Of a stretch of DNA of 58,211 nt, positions 48,882 through 58,211 are shown in pieces. A program made the translations under genes and the position numbers. Below the pieces are notes generated by a model that saw nothing but the letters and a program-made list of their open reading frames with translations, was not told where the DNA came from and ran no database searches. How positions within the stretch are numbered: position 1 is the stretch's first letter; each line of letters opens with the position of its first letter. Origin of the DNA: Trueperaceae bacterium (lineage in GTDB: Bacteria; Deinococcota; Deinococci; Deinococcales; Trueperaceae); NCBI GenBank assembly GCA_040905465.1, contig JBBDRK010000011.1, positions 1 to 58,211 on the forward strand. The letters are read 5' to 3'.

Positions 48882-49778
48882 TTGGCACCTTACCCGCGAC
48901 CGGCTCACGCCCTGACCCTTATCCTGTTGTTGTCGGTGGCCGCCCAGGCAGGCTGCCTGCTACTGCTGTGGCTGTCGACCTTTGGCCAGAATCCGTTTCC
49001 GGAGCTGCCGGTTCCGATGATCCTGATGTTCGGCGCGCTCCTCTCAGGACCGTTGGAGTCGCTGTCCAGGCAACTACCGGCGCGAGCGATGCTAATCGGT
49101 CTCCTGGGCGCCGTGGCCGCCAACCTCCTCTACCTGGCCCTGGCGAACCTGCTGGCGGAAGCCGCTACGCTGTACCTGCTGGCCCCGGCGACTGCCCTGG
49201 CGTTGACGGCGACGTTCCGCATCCTGTCCGGCCGGTACGGCGAGATGCTGTCGGCGATGACGGTATACGGGGTGGCAACGGTGCTGGCGAACTACACCTT
49301 CGACTCGTTCATTCCCTTCGGCGACTTCTTTCTGGTGAACGTCGGCACCTTCTTCTTCGGCATCACCTTCACACAGCGCGACCGGGTGCACCGTTTCGGC
49401 CGCCGCAGCGTTTATCTGATGATCGCCGCCGCGGCCCTGGCCAACGTGCTGATGTCGCTTCATCTCGGTACCCCGCTGCGCTATGTCTTCGTAGGCTTCC
49501 TGGCCATCCTGCTCTCGGAATCGGCCGACACCGAGATTTACGCCAGGCTCCTGCACCGGCGCTGGTTCACTCGCGTCGCTTCTTCCAACGCAGTGAGCGC
49601 GCCGCTGGACACGTTGATCTTCACCATCCTGGCGTTTGCCGGCGAGGAGTTCGCTACCTCCGCGTGGATGTTCCAGGTGATCGTGACCGACGTGCTGGTG
49701 AAGTACGGCAGCAGCTTGCTGGCGGCGCTTCAGATCGTGAGCGCACGCCGTCCTGCCGTCGGTGCCGGCGGCGGCTGA
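48882..49778 (+). CDS. VUT/YhhQ-family queuosine-precursor transporter with extra N-terminal TM helices
   Basis: ANY, GTFFFG.TFT.RD, SE..DT..Y, SN.VSAPLDTLIF; RBS AGGAGG. Confidence 0.82.
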   Translation: MAPYPRPAHALTLILLLSVAAQAGCLLLLWLSTFGQNPFPELPVPMILMFGALLSGPLESLSRQLPARAMLIGLLGAVAANLLYLALANLLAEAATLYLLAPATALALTATFRILSGRYGEMLSAMTVYGVATVLANYTFDSFIPFGDFFLVNVGTFFFGITFTQRDRVHRFGRRSVYLMIAAAALANVLMSLHLGTPLRYVFVGFLAILLSESADTEIYARLLHRRWFTRVASSNAVSAPLDTLIFTILAFAGEEFATSAWMFQVIVTDVLVKYGSSLLAALQIVSARRPAVGAGGG

Positions 49779-49794
49779 AAAGGGCGAACCTGAG

Positions 49795-51114
49795 TCAGTC
49801 GGCCGTCAGCATCTCACCGATGGCGGTGACGAACCCTTCGTTGCCCGGGGAAGCCGATACCATCACCCCGACCGGCTCGCGACCGGCCGGCACGCTGATG
49901 GAGGCGCCGCCGACGGCATTGAAGAGCGAGGTGCTTCGCAGGCAGCGCCGGTTGGCCTCGTAGTACGCGTCATCGCTGGTCAACTCACTGCCGAGGGGCG
50001 GAAGAATGGGGACCGTGGGGGCCAGCACCGCATCGATCCCTGTGACCTCCTGCCAGAAGTCGCGCTGCCAGCGCCTGCGCGCCAGCACCAGCCGGAGGTA
50101 ATCGGTGCTGCTCCTGCCGCGCGCCTGCAGGATCCTCCCGGTCACGCGCGGGTCCATTTCCACGCCGTGCCGGTCTATGAGTTCCTCGTACAGCGCCATC
50201 GCCTCATGCGCGGCGAGGCTGCCGTAGCGCGCCACGGTCGCCTCGACCTCCTGGAACAGCGGCACTTCCCGCTCGATGACCTCGTGCCCCAGATCCCGCA
50301 GTTTGCAGACGACCGCACGGAAGACGGCCTCGACCTGCGGATCGAGCTCCTCCTGCAGGACGGTCGTCGGCGCCAGGAAGCGGAGGCGGGCCGGCAACAC
50401 CGGAAGCGGCGCCGGGGGCAGCGCCGCGAGCGCCCGGTAGAGCACCCAGGCGTCGCCGGCGGTACGGGCGATGGGACCGACGGTATCGAGCGTGAATGAC
50501 AAAGCCACGCAGCCGTCCATCGGCACCGCACCCTCGCTGGTCTTGAGTCCCACCAGGCCGTTGAAGGCAGCCGGTATGCGAACCGAACCGCCGGTGTCGG
50601 TGCCTACGGCGGCGCACGCCATTCCAGAGGCGACCGCTACCGCCGAGCCCGACGATGAGCCGCCGGGGATGCGTTCCGGATCGAGGGCGTTCGCGGGCGT
50701 GCCGAAGTGCGGGTTCATGCCCAACCCGGAGAACGCCAATTCGGTCATGTTGGTCTTGCCCAGGAACACCGCCCCGGCTGCGTCCAGTCGCGCCACGACC
50801 GGCGCATCGACCGCCGCAGGCGGACCCGCAGCCAGCACCTTCGATCCGGCGGTGCTCACGGTGCCCTCGACATCCATCAGATCCTTGAGTGCCAGCGGTA
50901 CACCCTGCAACGGCCCGACATCGACCCCGCTGTCGAACTGGCGCTCCGCCCTCTCGGCCTGATCGCGGGCGCGCTCCGCCAGCACCTGGCGGTATACGGA
51001 GCCCGGACCGACGGCCTCCAGGTACGCCTCGGTTACCGCGGTGGGACGAAGCTCTCCGCGCCGATAGGCAGCAGCCAACTGCAAGACAGTGAGCGACATC
51101 GGATAGTTGACCAT
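49795..51114 (-). CDS. Amidase signature family protein
   Basis: KDL.DV, GKTNMTE.A, GGSSSGS, GTDTGGSVRIPA. Confidence 0.93.
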   Translation of the reverse strand: MVNYPMSLTVLQLAAAYRRGELRPTAVTEAYLEAVGPGSVYRQVLAERARDQAERAERQFDSGVDVGPLQGVPLALKDLMDVEGTVSTAGSKVLAAGPPAAVDAPVVARLDAAGAVFLGKTNMTELAFSGLGMNPHFGTPANALDPERIPGGSSSGSAVAVASGMACAAVGTDTGGSVRIPAAFNGLVGLKTSEGAVPMDGCVALSFTLDTVGPIARTAGDAWVLYRALAALPPAPLPVLPARLRFLAPTTVLQEELDPQVEAVFRAVVCKLRDLGHEVIEREVPLFQEVEATVARYGSLAAHEAMALYEELIDRHGVEMDPRVTGRILQARGRSSTDYLRLVLARRRWQRDFWQEVTGIDAVLAPTVPILPPLGSELTSDDAYYEANRRCLRSTSLFNAVGGASISVPAGREPVGVMVSASPGNEGFVTAIGEMLTAD

Positions 51115-51191
51115 ACGCAAGCATAACTGGAGCCGGCGGTCGGGATTCCGGGCGTTCCCGGTACGGTAGAGTGGTCGGGCAGGAGGGTCGG

Positions 51192-51470
51192 ATGCAACGC
51201 ACCCGTGCCGAACTCGAATCGATGAGTCACGACGACCTGATCAACCGGGTGTTGGAGCTCCAGGATCTCCTCCGCGAGGGCCTGGCCGTTCGCGCCTCAT
51301 TGCACGCCGTGCTGAACATGGTGCTCAAGGCCAAAGCCGACGAGGTGACTCGTTTCGCCGACGTCGACGAGAACTCGCTCGACCCCGTGGAAATCGAGGT
51401 CAAGCACGCCTGGGAGGCGGCTCGCCATGCGCTTTCGAACCCGCTGGGTCTGGCCAGGAAGCTCGAGTAG
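51192..51470 (+). CDS. Small helical hypothetical protein
   Basis: RBS AGGAGG; coiled-coil-like sequence with good codon usage. Confidence 0.7.
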   Translation: MQRTRAELESMSHDDLINRVLELQDLLREGLAVRASLHAVLNMVLKAKADEVTRFADVDENSLDPVEIEVKHAWEAARHALSNPLGLARKLE

Positions 51471-51522
51471 CCCGGGAAGATCGAGCTGCCACAGGGAGAA
51501 GTCGCGGCGAGGTTTGCCGCGT

Positions 51523-51984
51523 TCAGTGCGGCAGTCGGCTCCTGAGGCTCCCGTAGGTCCAGGTGCCTAGTACGGCGCTCGCCAACACCAACAGGAACGC
51601 CGGTAATCCGGCGCCGATGAGGACCAGGATCGGGCCCGGGCAGACGCCGGTGAGCGACCAACCCACACCGAAAAGAGTTCCGCCGTAGACATAGGCGCGG
51701 TAGTTGGGAGCCTTCGGCGACATGGCGATGGGCTCGCCCGAGAGACTGGCGACCCCGAGCCGCTTGAGCAGCCATAGCGACACGGCAGCGACCAGCACCG
51801 CCGATCCCAGCACCCCGTACATATGAAAGGCGTCGAACCGGAACATCTCCTGGATGCGGTACCAACTCACGATTTCCGACTTGATCGCAACGAAGCCGAA
51901 CAGCGAACCCGATACCACGTAGCTCAGGGATGCCATCGGGTTGACGAAATGGCGAACGGCGACGGTTGTTGCGGCGCGGTCCAT
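51523..51984 (-). CDS. YeeE/YedE family sulfur-compound transporter subunit
   Basis: FGVGW.L.G.CPGP. Confidence 0.88.
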   Translation of the reverse strand: MDRAATTVAVRHFVNPMASLSYVVSGSLFGFVAIKSEIVSWYRIQEMFRFDAFHMYGVLGSAVLVAAVSLWLLKRLGVASLSGEPIAMSPKAPNYRAYVYGGTLFGVGWSLTGVCPGPILVLIGAGLPAFLLVLASAVLGTWTYGSLRSRLPH

Positions 51985-51985
51985 G

Positions 51986-52555
51986 TCAGCCCAGCCCCAG
52001 GATTAGCGGCAGGAGCAAGTAGGTGCCGATCATGCCGCCGATGAAGAAGGCGATGGTGGCAACCAGCGACGGGACCTGCAGGTTCGCCAGGCCGCTTATC
52101 GAGTGGCCCGAGGTGCAGCCCCCGGCCCAACGGGTCCCGAACCCCACCAGGAAGCCTCCCAGCACCATCAGGAGCAGTCCCCCGAAGCTCAGGGAGCCGA
52201 GGTCGAAAAGCGCTGCCGGAACCAGGTTGCCGTCGGGGGCGAGCCCCATCTGCTGCAGATCCTGGGCCGTGGCTGGCGCCAGCGTCAGTGGATTGGGGTT
52301 GGCCAGCAGCACGCCGCCGATAAATCCGCCGATGATGATGCCTAGCGCGAACAGGAGGTTCCAACCACCCGCGCGGCGCCAGTCGTAATTGAAGAAGGGG
52401 TTGCTGTTGGGAATCATGGCGCACAGGTGACGAATGTTCGACGAGACGCCGAACGCCTTGTTCCCGAGCACCAGCAGGAGCGGAACGGTGAGCCCGATCA
52501 GGGGGCCGGCGACATACCACGGCCAGGGGCTGCGAAGTATACCGATGATGTCCAT
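51986..52555 (-). CDS. YeeE/YedE family sulfur-compound transporter subunit
   Basis: [20 protein letters not shown]. Confidence 0.9.
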   Translation of the reverse strand: MDIIGILRSPWPWYVAGPLIGLTVPLLLVLGNKAFGVSSNIRHLCAMIPNSNPFFNYDWRRAGGWNLLFALGIIIGGFIGGVLLANPNPLTLAPATAQDLQQMGLAPDGNLVPAALFDLGSLSFGGLLLMVLGGFLVGFGTRWAGGCTSGHSISGLANLQVPSLVATIAFFIGGMIGTYLLLPLILGLG

Positions 52556-52643
52556 GATTCGGAGTATGAGCCAGGGACCTGCGTCCGTCAAGCGGACAGC
52601 CGCTCGAGCACCATGTAGTCGCGAGTAGGCGAACGACCCGCAT

Positions 52644-54218
52644 TCACGTCCGTTTCGACACGCGTGCTGCCGTTGTCTGAACGCCCGGCAGGGTGAAGTA
52701 GATCGTCGCGCCACTACCCACTTCGCCCTCACCCCAGATCTTTCCTCCGTGCCGTTGGACTATCCTTTGCACGGTAGCCAGGCCGATTCCCGTGCCGGCG
52801 AAGTCGCGCGGCGAGTGCAGACGCTGGAACGGCGTGAACAGCTTGTCGACATATGCCATGTCGAAGCCCGCTCCATTGTCCCTCACGAAGTAGACATCAC
52901 CGTCGCCCGACCGCTGGACGCCGAACTCGATGCGGCCGGCCGGGTTCTCGCTGCTGAACTTCCAGGCGTTCCCGAGCAGGTTTTCCAGGGCGACTCGCAG
53001 CAGTCGCTCGTCGCCTCGGGCGGCGATCCCCGGTTCGACCACGAACTCGACCGAGCGGCCCGCGTCGCGGACACTCAAGGCGCCGGCAATCCGCTCGACC
53101 AGGTCGCTGAGGTCGACGTCCTCGATCCTCAGTTCGGCCCGGGACACACGCGACAGGGCAAGCAGGGCGTCTATCAGCTCGCCCATCCGCTCGGCAGCGC
53201 CGCTCACTCGTTTCAGGTAGTGCCGCCCGTTCTCGTCGAGCTGGGAATGGTACTCCTCCGCCAGGATCTGCGAGAAACCGGTGAGTCCGCGCAGTGGGGC
53301 GCGCAAGTCGTGAGACACCGAGTAGTTGAAGCTCTCGAGCTCCGCGTTGACCGCGAGCAGGTCCGCGGTTCGCTCCTGCACCTGGGAGTCGAGCGCGTCG
53401 CGAGCGTCTGCCAGAGCCCGTTCACTGCGCTTGCGCTCGGTGATATCGTAGTACTGCTCTATTCGGCCCCCTGCGAAAGGACCCGAGCGGATCGGCCGGC
53501 TTCGGTGCTCGAGCCAGTATCCGTCGCCATCGTCGTCGCCACGTACATGGACCTCGAAACGCTCCTCATCGCTGTTCGACCGGTAGGCGGCAAGGAGCCG
53601 CTCTCCGAAGTCGGCGGGTTCGTCGACCACATAGCGAAGATGGGTCTCGACGAGCTCCCGCTTGACTCTTCCCAGCAGGCGCTCACGCGACACACCGAAG
53701 TAGCGCTCGATCGCCAGATTGATCCACACCACCTCGAACCCGGCGTCCAGGATGATGACTCCGACGGCCGAGGTATCGAGAACGTCGTCCAACAAAGACC
53801 GATACTTCGCTTCGCTCTCCCGGAGCGCCATCTGTGTCTGGTGCTCCTCGGTCCGGTCCCGCATCACCTTGACGTAACCGGTGAGCCGGCCCTCGTCATC
53901 TCGAAGGTCGCTCATGATGCCGTTCACCCAGATCCGGCTGCCATCTTGCCGGACATGCCACCTGTCGTCCATGGCCCGGCCGGTGCTTCTGGCCGCCTCC
54001 ATTTCGCTCTCCGGGACCCGGTCTCGACGATTTTCCGGAGTGAAGATCATCGAGGCATTGGTCCCAAGGAACCTCTCCTTCGGGTACCCAAGCAGCCGGG
54101 TAATGCCGTAATTGCACATCGTGACCACACCATCAGGATCCGTCGTGAAAATAGCGTAGTCTTCGATGCTGTCGAAGACGTGGCTGAGAAATCGATTGTT
54201 CGTGCTCGTATGGCTCAC
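52644..54218 (-). CDS. Cytoplasmic PAS-PAS sensor histidine kinase
   Basis: Two PAS domains; H-box SHDLRAPLR; N, G1, F and G2 boxes (NLLGNAWKF, DNGAGF, GTGIGL). Confidence 0.93.
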   Translation of the reverse strand: MSHTSTNNRFLSHVFDSIEDYAIFTTDPDGVVTMCNYGITRLLGYPKERFLGTNASMIFTPENRRDRVPESEMEAARSTGRAMDDRWHVRQDGSRIWVNGIMSDLRDDEGRLTGYVKVMRDRTEEHQTQMALRESEAKYRSLLDDVLDTSAVGVIILDAGFEVVWINLAIERYFGVSRERLLGRVKRELVETHLRYVVDEPADFGERLLAAYRSNSDEERFEVHVRGDDDGDGYWLEHRSRPIRSGPFAGGRIEQYYDITERKRSERALADARDALDSQVQERTADLLAVNAELESFNYSVSHDLRAPLRGLTGFSQILAEEYHSQLDENGRHYLKRVSGAAERMGELIDALLALSRVSRAELRIEDVDLSDLVERIAGALSVRDAGRSVEFVVEPGIAARGDERLLRVALENLLGNAWKFSSENPAGRIEFGVQRSGDGDVYFVRDNGAGFDMAYVDKLFTPFQRLHSPRDFAGTGIGLATVQRIVQRHGGKIWGEGEVGSGATIYFTLPGVQTTAARVSKRT

Positions 54219-54581
54219 GGCTTGCGGTCACCCCGGTACTCGAGCTGCCGGCGGCAGCAGAAAACGGCATGCTGTGAATAGGCCCAGCAACGGCAGGGAC
54301 CCGCGCAACGGACCGACCCAATCACATCTAAACACTCCTGTCGGCTCCAGTCTGTGCCTGTGACGGCGATATCGTAGCTGGCTGTTTGAACCCGCCTTGA
54401 CCGTTCGCACCGCCCGCCGCTCCGGATCAGGCGGTAGAGTCGGTAGAGTTGGATCGCGGAATATCGAACAGGTAGCCCCAGGTGGCCCGGCACCTGAAAC
54501 ACTTGGCTGCCGGCCATCCGAGGACGCCATGCAACCTGCCACTGTCGGGAGATGCCGCTCGACGGTAGAGAGGAGAACGCA

Positions 54582-56273
54582 ATGAGTTCACGAAGTGTTC
54601 CTGGCAACCCGCCGGCCAGCGACTGGGAGACGTTCGAACCCAGGTATGCGGCGCTCCTCCGAGAGGACCTGACGCCCGACCAAATCCCTTCCTGGCTTAC
54701 GAGCTGGAGCGAGTTGGAGAAGGACGTGGGGGAAGCGCATGCGAGCCTCAAGCGCGCGGCTGACGAGGACACCGCGGATGAGCGCGCCCGCGAAGCCCTC
54801 CTGTCGTTCGTTCATGACGTCAGCCCGAGAGTCAGCGTAGCCAATCAGAAACTCAAGGCTCTGCTGCTCGCGGTGGAGGGCTTCGTGCCCAAGCCCGAGG
54901 AATCGCGGATGATCGAGCGCCTGCGGAACGAGGCCGACTTGTTCCGCGAGGAGAACGTCGAAGTCCTCACCGAGATCGAGACGCTGTCGAACGACTTCTA
55001 CACCATCACCGGAGCGATCGTGGTTCGTCTCGACGGCGACGAGTTCACCATCCCGCAAGTGCTGCCCCGGCTGTACAGCCCAGAGCGTGCCGAGCGGGAG
55101 CGCGCCTGGCGGGCCATCGTGGCGGGTAAGCTCGAGAAGGCCGCGGAACTCGACGCATTGTTTCTGAGGCTACTCGAACTCCGTCGCCGGCTCGCTGTTA
55201 ACGCGGGTCTTCCCGACTTCCGTGACTTCCAGTGGCGAGCCATGAACCGCTTCGATTACGGTCCGGACGACAGTCAGAGGTTGGACGATGCGATCGCCGC
55301 GGAGGCCGTTCCTCTGCTGGGCAAGCTATATGACAGACGCCGTCAGAAGCTCGGGGTGGACGAACTGCGGCCCTGGGATCGCGATGTGGACCTGGAAAGC
55401 CGGCAAGCACTGAGGCCGTTCGATACCGTCGAGGAACTCGAGGAGGGACTCGAGCGTGTGTTCACCAGGCTCGATCCGGTCCTCGGACAGCAGTTTCACC
55501 TGCTCCGCGACGGCTGGATGGACCTCGAGGCCCGCAAGGGAAAGGTGCCCGGCCTCGGTTATCAGATGGAGTTCCCCCGCTCGGGACGGCCCTATATCTA
55601 CCACAGCCTCGCCGGCCTTCACGACGACGTGGTGGTGCTGCTGCACGAGGCCGGCCACGCCTTCCATTCGCTGGCCAGGAGCGGCCCGAACCAGCTCATC
55701 TGGAACCGCCACCCCGGACCCGAGTTCGCCGAAGTGGCCTCGCAGGCCATGGAGCTCCTGCCCCTGCCATACCTGTCACGAGCCGAAGGCGGCTTCTACA
55801 GCGAGGAGGGGGCTTCTCGGGCCCGGAACGATCAACTCGAGCGGATCCTCCGGCTGCTGCCGCACATGGCGAAAGGCGATCTCTTCCAGCACTGGCTTTA
55901 CACGCAGGATCCGGGCGAGCTCAGCATTGATGAGATAGATGCGAAGTGGCTGGAGTTGGACGAGCGCTTCGAACCGGGAGTCGACTGGAGCGGCCTGGAG
56001 CGTGAGCACGCCAAGGGCTGGCAATTCTTCCACATCTTCTGCATCCCGTTCTATCTGCTCGATTACGCCATCGCCTATCTGGGCGCAATCCAGGTATGGC
56101 GCAACTCGCTGAACGACCCGGAAGCGGCACTGAGCTCGTACCGCGAGGCGCTTGCCCTCGGTGCCAGCCGCGCGCTGCCGGAGCTGTTCGCGGCAACAGG
56201 CGCAGACTTCTCCTTCGAGGGCGACCACGTCGGGGAGCTTGCCCGTTTCGTTTACGAGCAGATGGACCGGTAG
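54582..56273 (+). CDS. pepF: M3 family oligoendopeptidase
   Basis: HEAGHAFH, EFAEVASQAME, PFY..DY. Confidence 0.88.
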   Translation: MSSRSVPGNPPASDWETFEPRYAALLREDLTPDQIPSWLTSWSELEKDVGEAHASLKRAADEDTADERAREALLSFVHDVSPRVSVANQKLKALLLAVEGFVPKPEESRMIERLRNEADLFREENVEVLTEIETLSNDFYTITGAIVVRLDGDEFTIPQVLPRLYSPERAERERAWRAIVAGKLEKAAELDALFLRLLELRRRLAVNAGLPDFRDFQWRAMNRFDYGPDDSQRLDDAIAAEAVPLLGKLYDRRRQKLGVDELRPWDRDVDLESRQALRPFDTVEELEEGLERVFTRLDPVLGQQFHLLRDGWMDLEARKGKVPGLGYQMEFPRSGRPYIYHSLAGLHDDVVVLLHEAGHAFHSLARSGPNQLIWNRHPGPEFAEVASQAMELLPLPYLSRAEGGFYSEEGASRARNDQLERILRLLPHMAKGDLFQHWLYTQDPGELSIDEIDAKWLELDERFEPGVDWSGLEREHAKGWQFFHIFCIPFYLLDYAIAYLGAIQVWRNSLNDPEAALSSYREALALGASRALPELFAATGADFSFEGDHVGELARFVYEQMDR

Positions 56274-56316
56274 CGCCAACCACAGCAAGGTCGAAGGCGG
56301 GCACGACGAGTCGTCG

Positions 56317-56485
56317 TGCCCAGAGCACCATTTACGAAATGGCGAGGCAGAACCACGTAGCAGGAGTGGTTCGCGTTGGACGCCGCGTTCGATTCGACCC
56401 GGCAAAACTCGAGCGTTGGGTCGAGGCCGGCGGCCAGGCACTGCCCCGGACCTCCTACCTCCTACTTACTACCCAGAATCGCTGA
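56317..56485 (+). pseudogene. Excisionase/HTH_17-like DNA-binding protein remnant
   Basis: STIYEMARQ...GVVRVGRRVRFD...LERWVEAGG; the N-terminal helix and start are missing. Confidence 0.6.
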
Positions 56486-56546
56486 GCGAGGATGATTTAA
56501 GAGAAGCCCGAATAAACCAAGGGAATCACTCGCGCTAGGACAGCAA

Positions 56547-56984
56547 CTACTGGGCACTATCTTCCTTGCTGTCTTGACTTTCGAGCTCAGGTTCCTTAAG
56601 GCTTACGTCGATAGGGAGTTCAGCTTCTGTCACCCACTCATCGCCCACTCGTTGTTCGATCCTGACGATATGTTCGCCCGCTTCCTCGATCGGCATTCCA
56701 CCTAAGGCAAAATTCACTCTGTTACGAGAGACGTCTTGAAAGTATGACGGTGGCGTCTCATATGAAAGCAACTCCTTGCCAGACGGCGCAATTACGTGCA
56801 GTCCAACAATTAGTTCATCTTGCTTTGACGCTGAGTTCCAAAGTGTGCACAAGGAAAGGGAATGAAGAGTGGCAGGAAGTTTCCGAGCCGTTACGGACTC
56901 GACCGCGTCAATGTAGCTAACGGAGTTCGTCTCCTGATCCGTAAGAAATCGTTCACATAGTACTGCCCAGAGTAAGCGTGCCAT
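56547..56984 (-). CDS. Hypothetical beta-rich protein (DUF6941-like)
   Basis: LCE....D..TN..S.I......LP pattern and ..PSG, G.H.V.I features; lies 4 nt after the hicB stop. Confidence 0.65.
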   Translation of the reverse strand: MARLLWAVLCERFLTDQETNSVSYIDAVESVTARKLPATLHSLSLCTLWNSASKQDELIVGLHVIAPSGKELLSYETPPSYFQDVSRNRVNFALGGMPIEEAGEHIVRIEQRVGDEWVTEAELPIDVSLKEPELESQDSKEDSAQ

Positions 56985-56988
56985 TACC

Positions 56989-57609
56989 TCAACTGGTCCT
57001 CTCTCTATGCACGTGCCGTTCACCGATGTGTGGTGAAAAGGTCCGTTTGCCCGTCTGACTTCTCTCCGCCGCGACATCCAGCTGCATATTTCCAAATGCA
57101 CCTTGACCCGCTACACCGTAGGTCGTCACCTGCATGTTTCTCGATGCTGTATTACTCGAGTGCAGATTGACGAGATCACGAAATGCTCCGGCCACCTTGC
57201 CAACGTGTCCGACCAGTTGAGACACTTCTTTCCTGATAGCCGATTGAATCTCGGTACCTTTAAGGCCCTGGCTTACGTAAGAGACTAACAGTGCGTTTTG
57301 AGACACACCATCCAACTTTGCTTGGCGAGCAAGACGAGCGTGAAGGGATTTTGGTAGTCGGACACGAAACTCTCCACTTGGAAGCTTTGTGGATGGCAAG
57401 TTAGCTGGTTCGGGAAGGGGCCACCCTTCCTCCTGATAGGTCTCGATGCCGAGTTCTAATGCAACATCAAGCTCGTTAAGAGCATCCTCAACCGTTTCCC
57501 CAAATGCTGACAATCCCGGAAACTCTGGGCAAAGAGCAATAAACCCTTCGTCACGTTCACTGTAGAAGACCTGCCGACTGTACTGGTTTATAACGTCCAT
57601 ATCTTTCAT
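56989..57609 (-). CDS. hicB: HicB antitoxin with RHH domain and ~90-aa C-terminal extension
   Basis: FIA.CPEFPG.SAFGET.E.A..E, P.P, SGEFRVRLPKSLH..L...A...GVSQN. Confidence 0.92.
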   Translation of the reverse strand: MKDMDVINQYSRQVFYSERDEGFIALCPEFPGLSAFGETVEDALNELDVALELGIETYQEEGWPLPEPANLPSTKLPSGEFRVRLPKSLHARLARQAKLDGVSQNALLVSYVSQGLKGTEIQSAIRKEVSQLVGHVGKVAGAFRDLVNLHSSNTASRNMQVTTYGVAGQGAFGNMQLDVAAERSQTGKRTFSPHIGERHVHRERTS

Positions 57610-57610
57610 C

Positions 57611-57859
57611 TCAATTGCCCTCCATTGAGATCTCATCGATGACTTCCAGGAGTTCCTCCACCTGGTAGTCCTTGGCCTTTCCGTTAACCTCCTGAAAGTT
57701 CAGGATCTTCGGCCACGTAGGTGACTTATAAATCCGGTGACTCCCCTTCTGCCTTGACAGCGTAAAACCATGGCACTCTGCTAATTTGCATGCTTCCTCA
57801 AATCTTAGATTTGACGACGAGGCTCGGGCCTTCTCTAGCAGCTTTTCGCACTTAGCCAT
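57611..57859 (-). CDS. hicA: HicA mRNA interferase toxin
   Basis: GF...RQKGSHRIY, GKAK.YQV; 82 aa. Confidence 0.92.
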   Translation of the reverse strand: MAKCEKLLEKARASSSNLRFEEACKLAECHGFTLSRQKGSHRIYKSPTWPKILNFQEVNGKAKDYQVEELLEVIDEISMEGN

Positions 57860-57895
57860 CTAAAAACCCTTCCCGGCCTCTCTCCTTATTCGCAT

Positions 57896-57913
57896 GGTAC
57901 CGCATGTGGTACC
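57896..57913. promoter_or_regulatory. Palindromic operator overlapping the hicA -10 box
   Basis: GGTACCGCATGTGGTACC near-perfect palindrome; TACCAT on the minus strand. Confidence 0.6.
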
Positions 57914-57989
57914 GAGACTACAAGCGGGTGTTATACCGCGGAATGGATTACTAACGAAGCAGCTCCTTGGCTCCTCCCTCCCAGTCACT

Positions 57990-58169
57990 CGGACGGACCA
58001 CGTCGTCCAGGACCTCCACGTTCGCGTCGTCGACACAGGAGAACTACTACGCGAACTCGTCCTCAACCCAAACCGCGACTACCAAGGCACCGGCAAGCCA
58101 CCCGGACCAACACCAAGAAAACCGGCCGAACCATAGGTTCGACCGTTTCCTATCTCTCGAGAGATGACA
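57990..58169 (+). mobile_element. IS481-like transposase 3' remnant with right end
   Basis: VQDLHVRVV.TGELLREL.L.P.RDYQ resembles IS481-family C-termini; ends ...GAGATGACA (TGT...ACA-type terminus). Confidence 0.6.
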
Positions 58170-58170
58170 T

Positions 58171-58211
58171 TGGCTCGGCGGGTAGGATTCGAACCTACGA
58201 CCAATCGGTTA
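58171..58211 (-). tRNA. 3' half of a tRNA, probably tRNA-Asn(GTT); truncated by the window edge
   Basis: Minus strand TAACCGATTGGTCGTAGGTTCGAATCCTACCCGCCGAGCCA: T-arm, acceptor strand, G discriminator and CCA. The anticodon is only partly visible. Confidence 0.85.

Noticed and set aside
48839-54281. Long alternative ORFs 48839-49963, 50204-51202 and 52749-54281
   Set aside because: Overlap well-supported genes in other frames or strands and have Arg/Gly/Pro-biased shadow composition.

Overview
High-GC chromosomal segment, most likely from a Deinococcota (Trueperaceae-like) bacterium. The evidence is a DdrA-paralog gene, bshA, a PEGA-repeat envelope protein and many TAnnnT -10 boxes 5-7 nt before start codons (leaderless mRNAs). 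Most of the window is housekeeping: nnr, thrB, tsaD, bshA, fumC, purB/C/S, gyrA, ftsE, argG-GNAT-argH-argA, ansA, mce, proC, tgt, recX, tRNA-Pro and pepF. Accessory DNA lies at both ends. On the left is an IS200/IS605 element (intact tnpA, internally deleted tnpB, IS608-like TTAC left end) beside an uncharacterised three-gene lipoprotein operon. On the right is a lower-GC islet at the 3' end of a tRNA (probably Asn) holding an excisionase remnant, a hicA-hicB(extended)-third gene module and an IS481-like remnant. Two Phd-VapC toxin-antitoxin pairs flank purB. The best leads are the tripartite HicAB module, the lipoprotein operon with a long coiled-coil hairpin, an Arg-rich leader peptide before argG, a leaderless Cys-rich repeat peptide before mce, and a probable queuine-salvage TGT/YhhQ pair. 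All family assignments come from motif recognition by eye; no searches were run.
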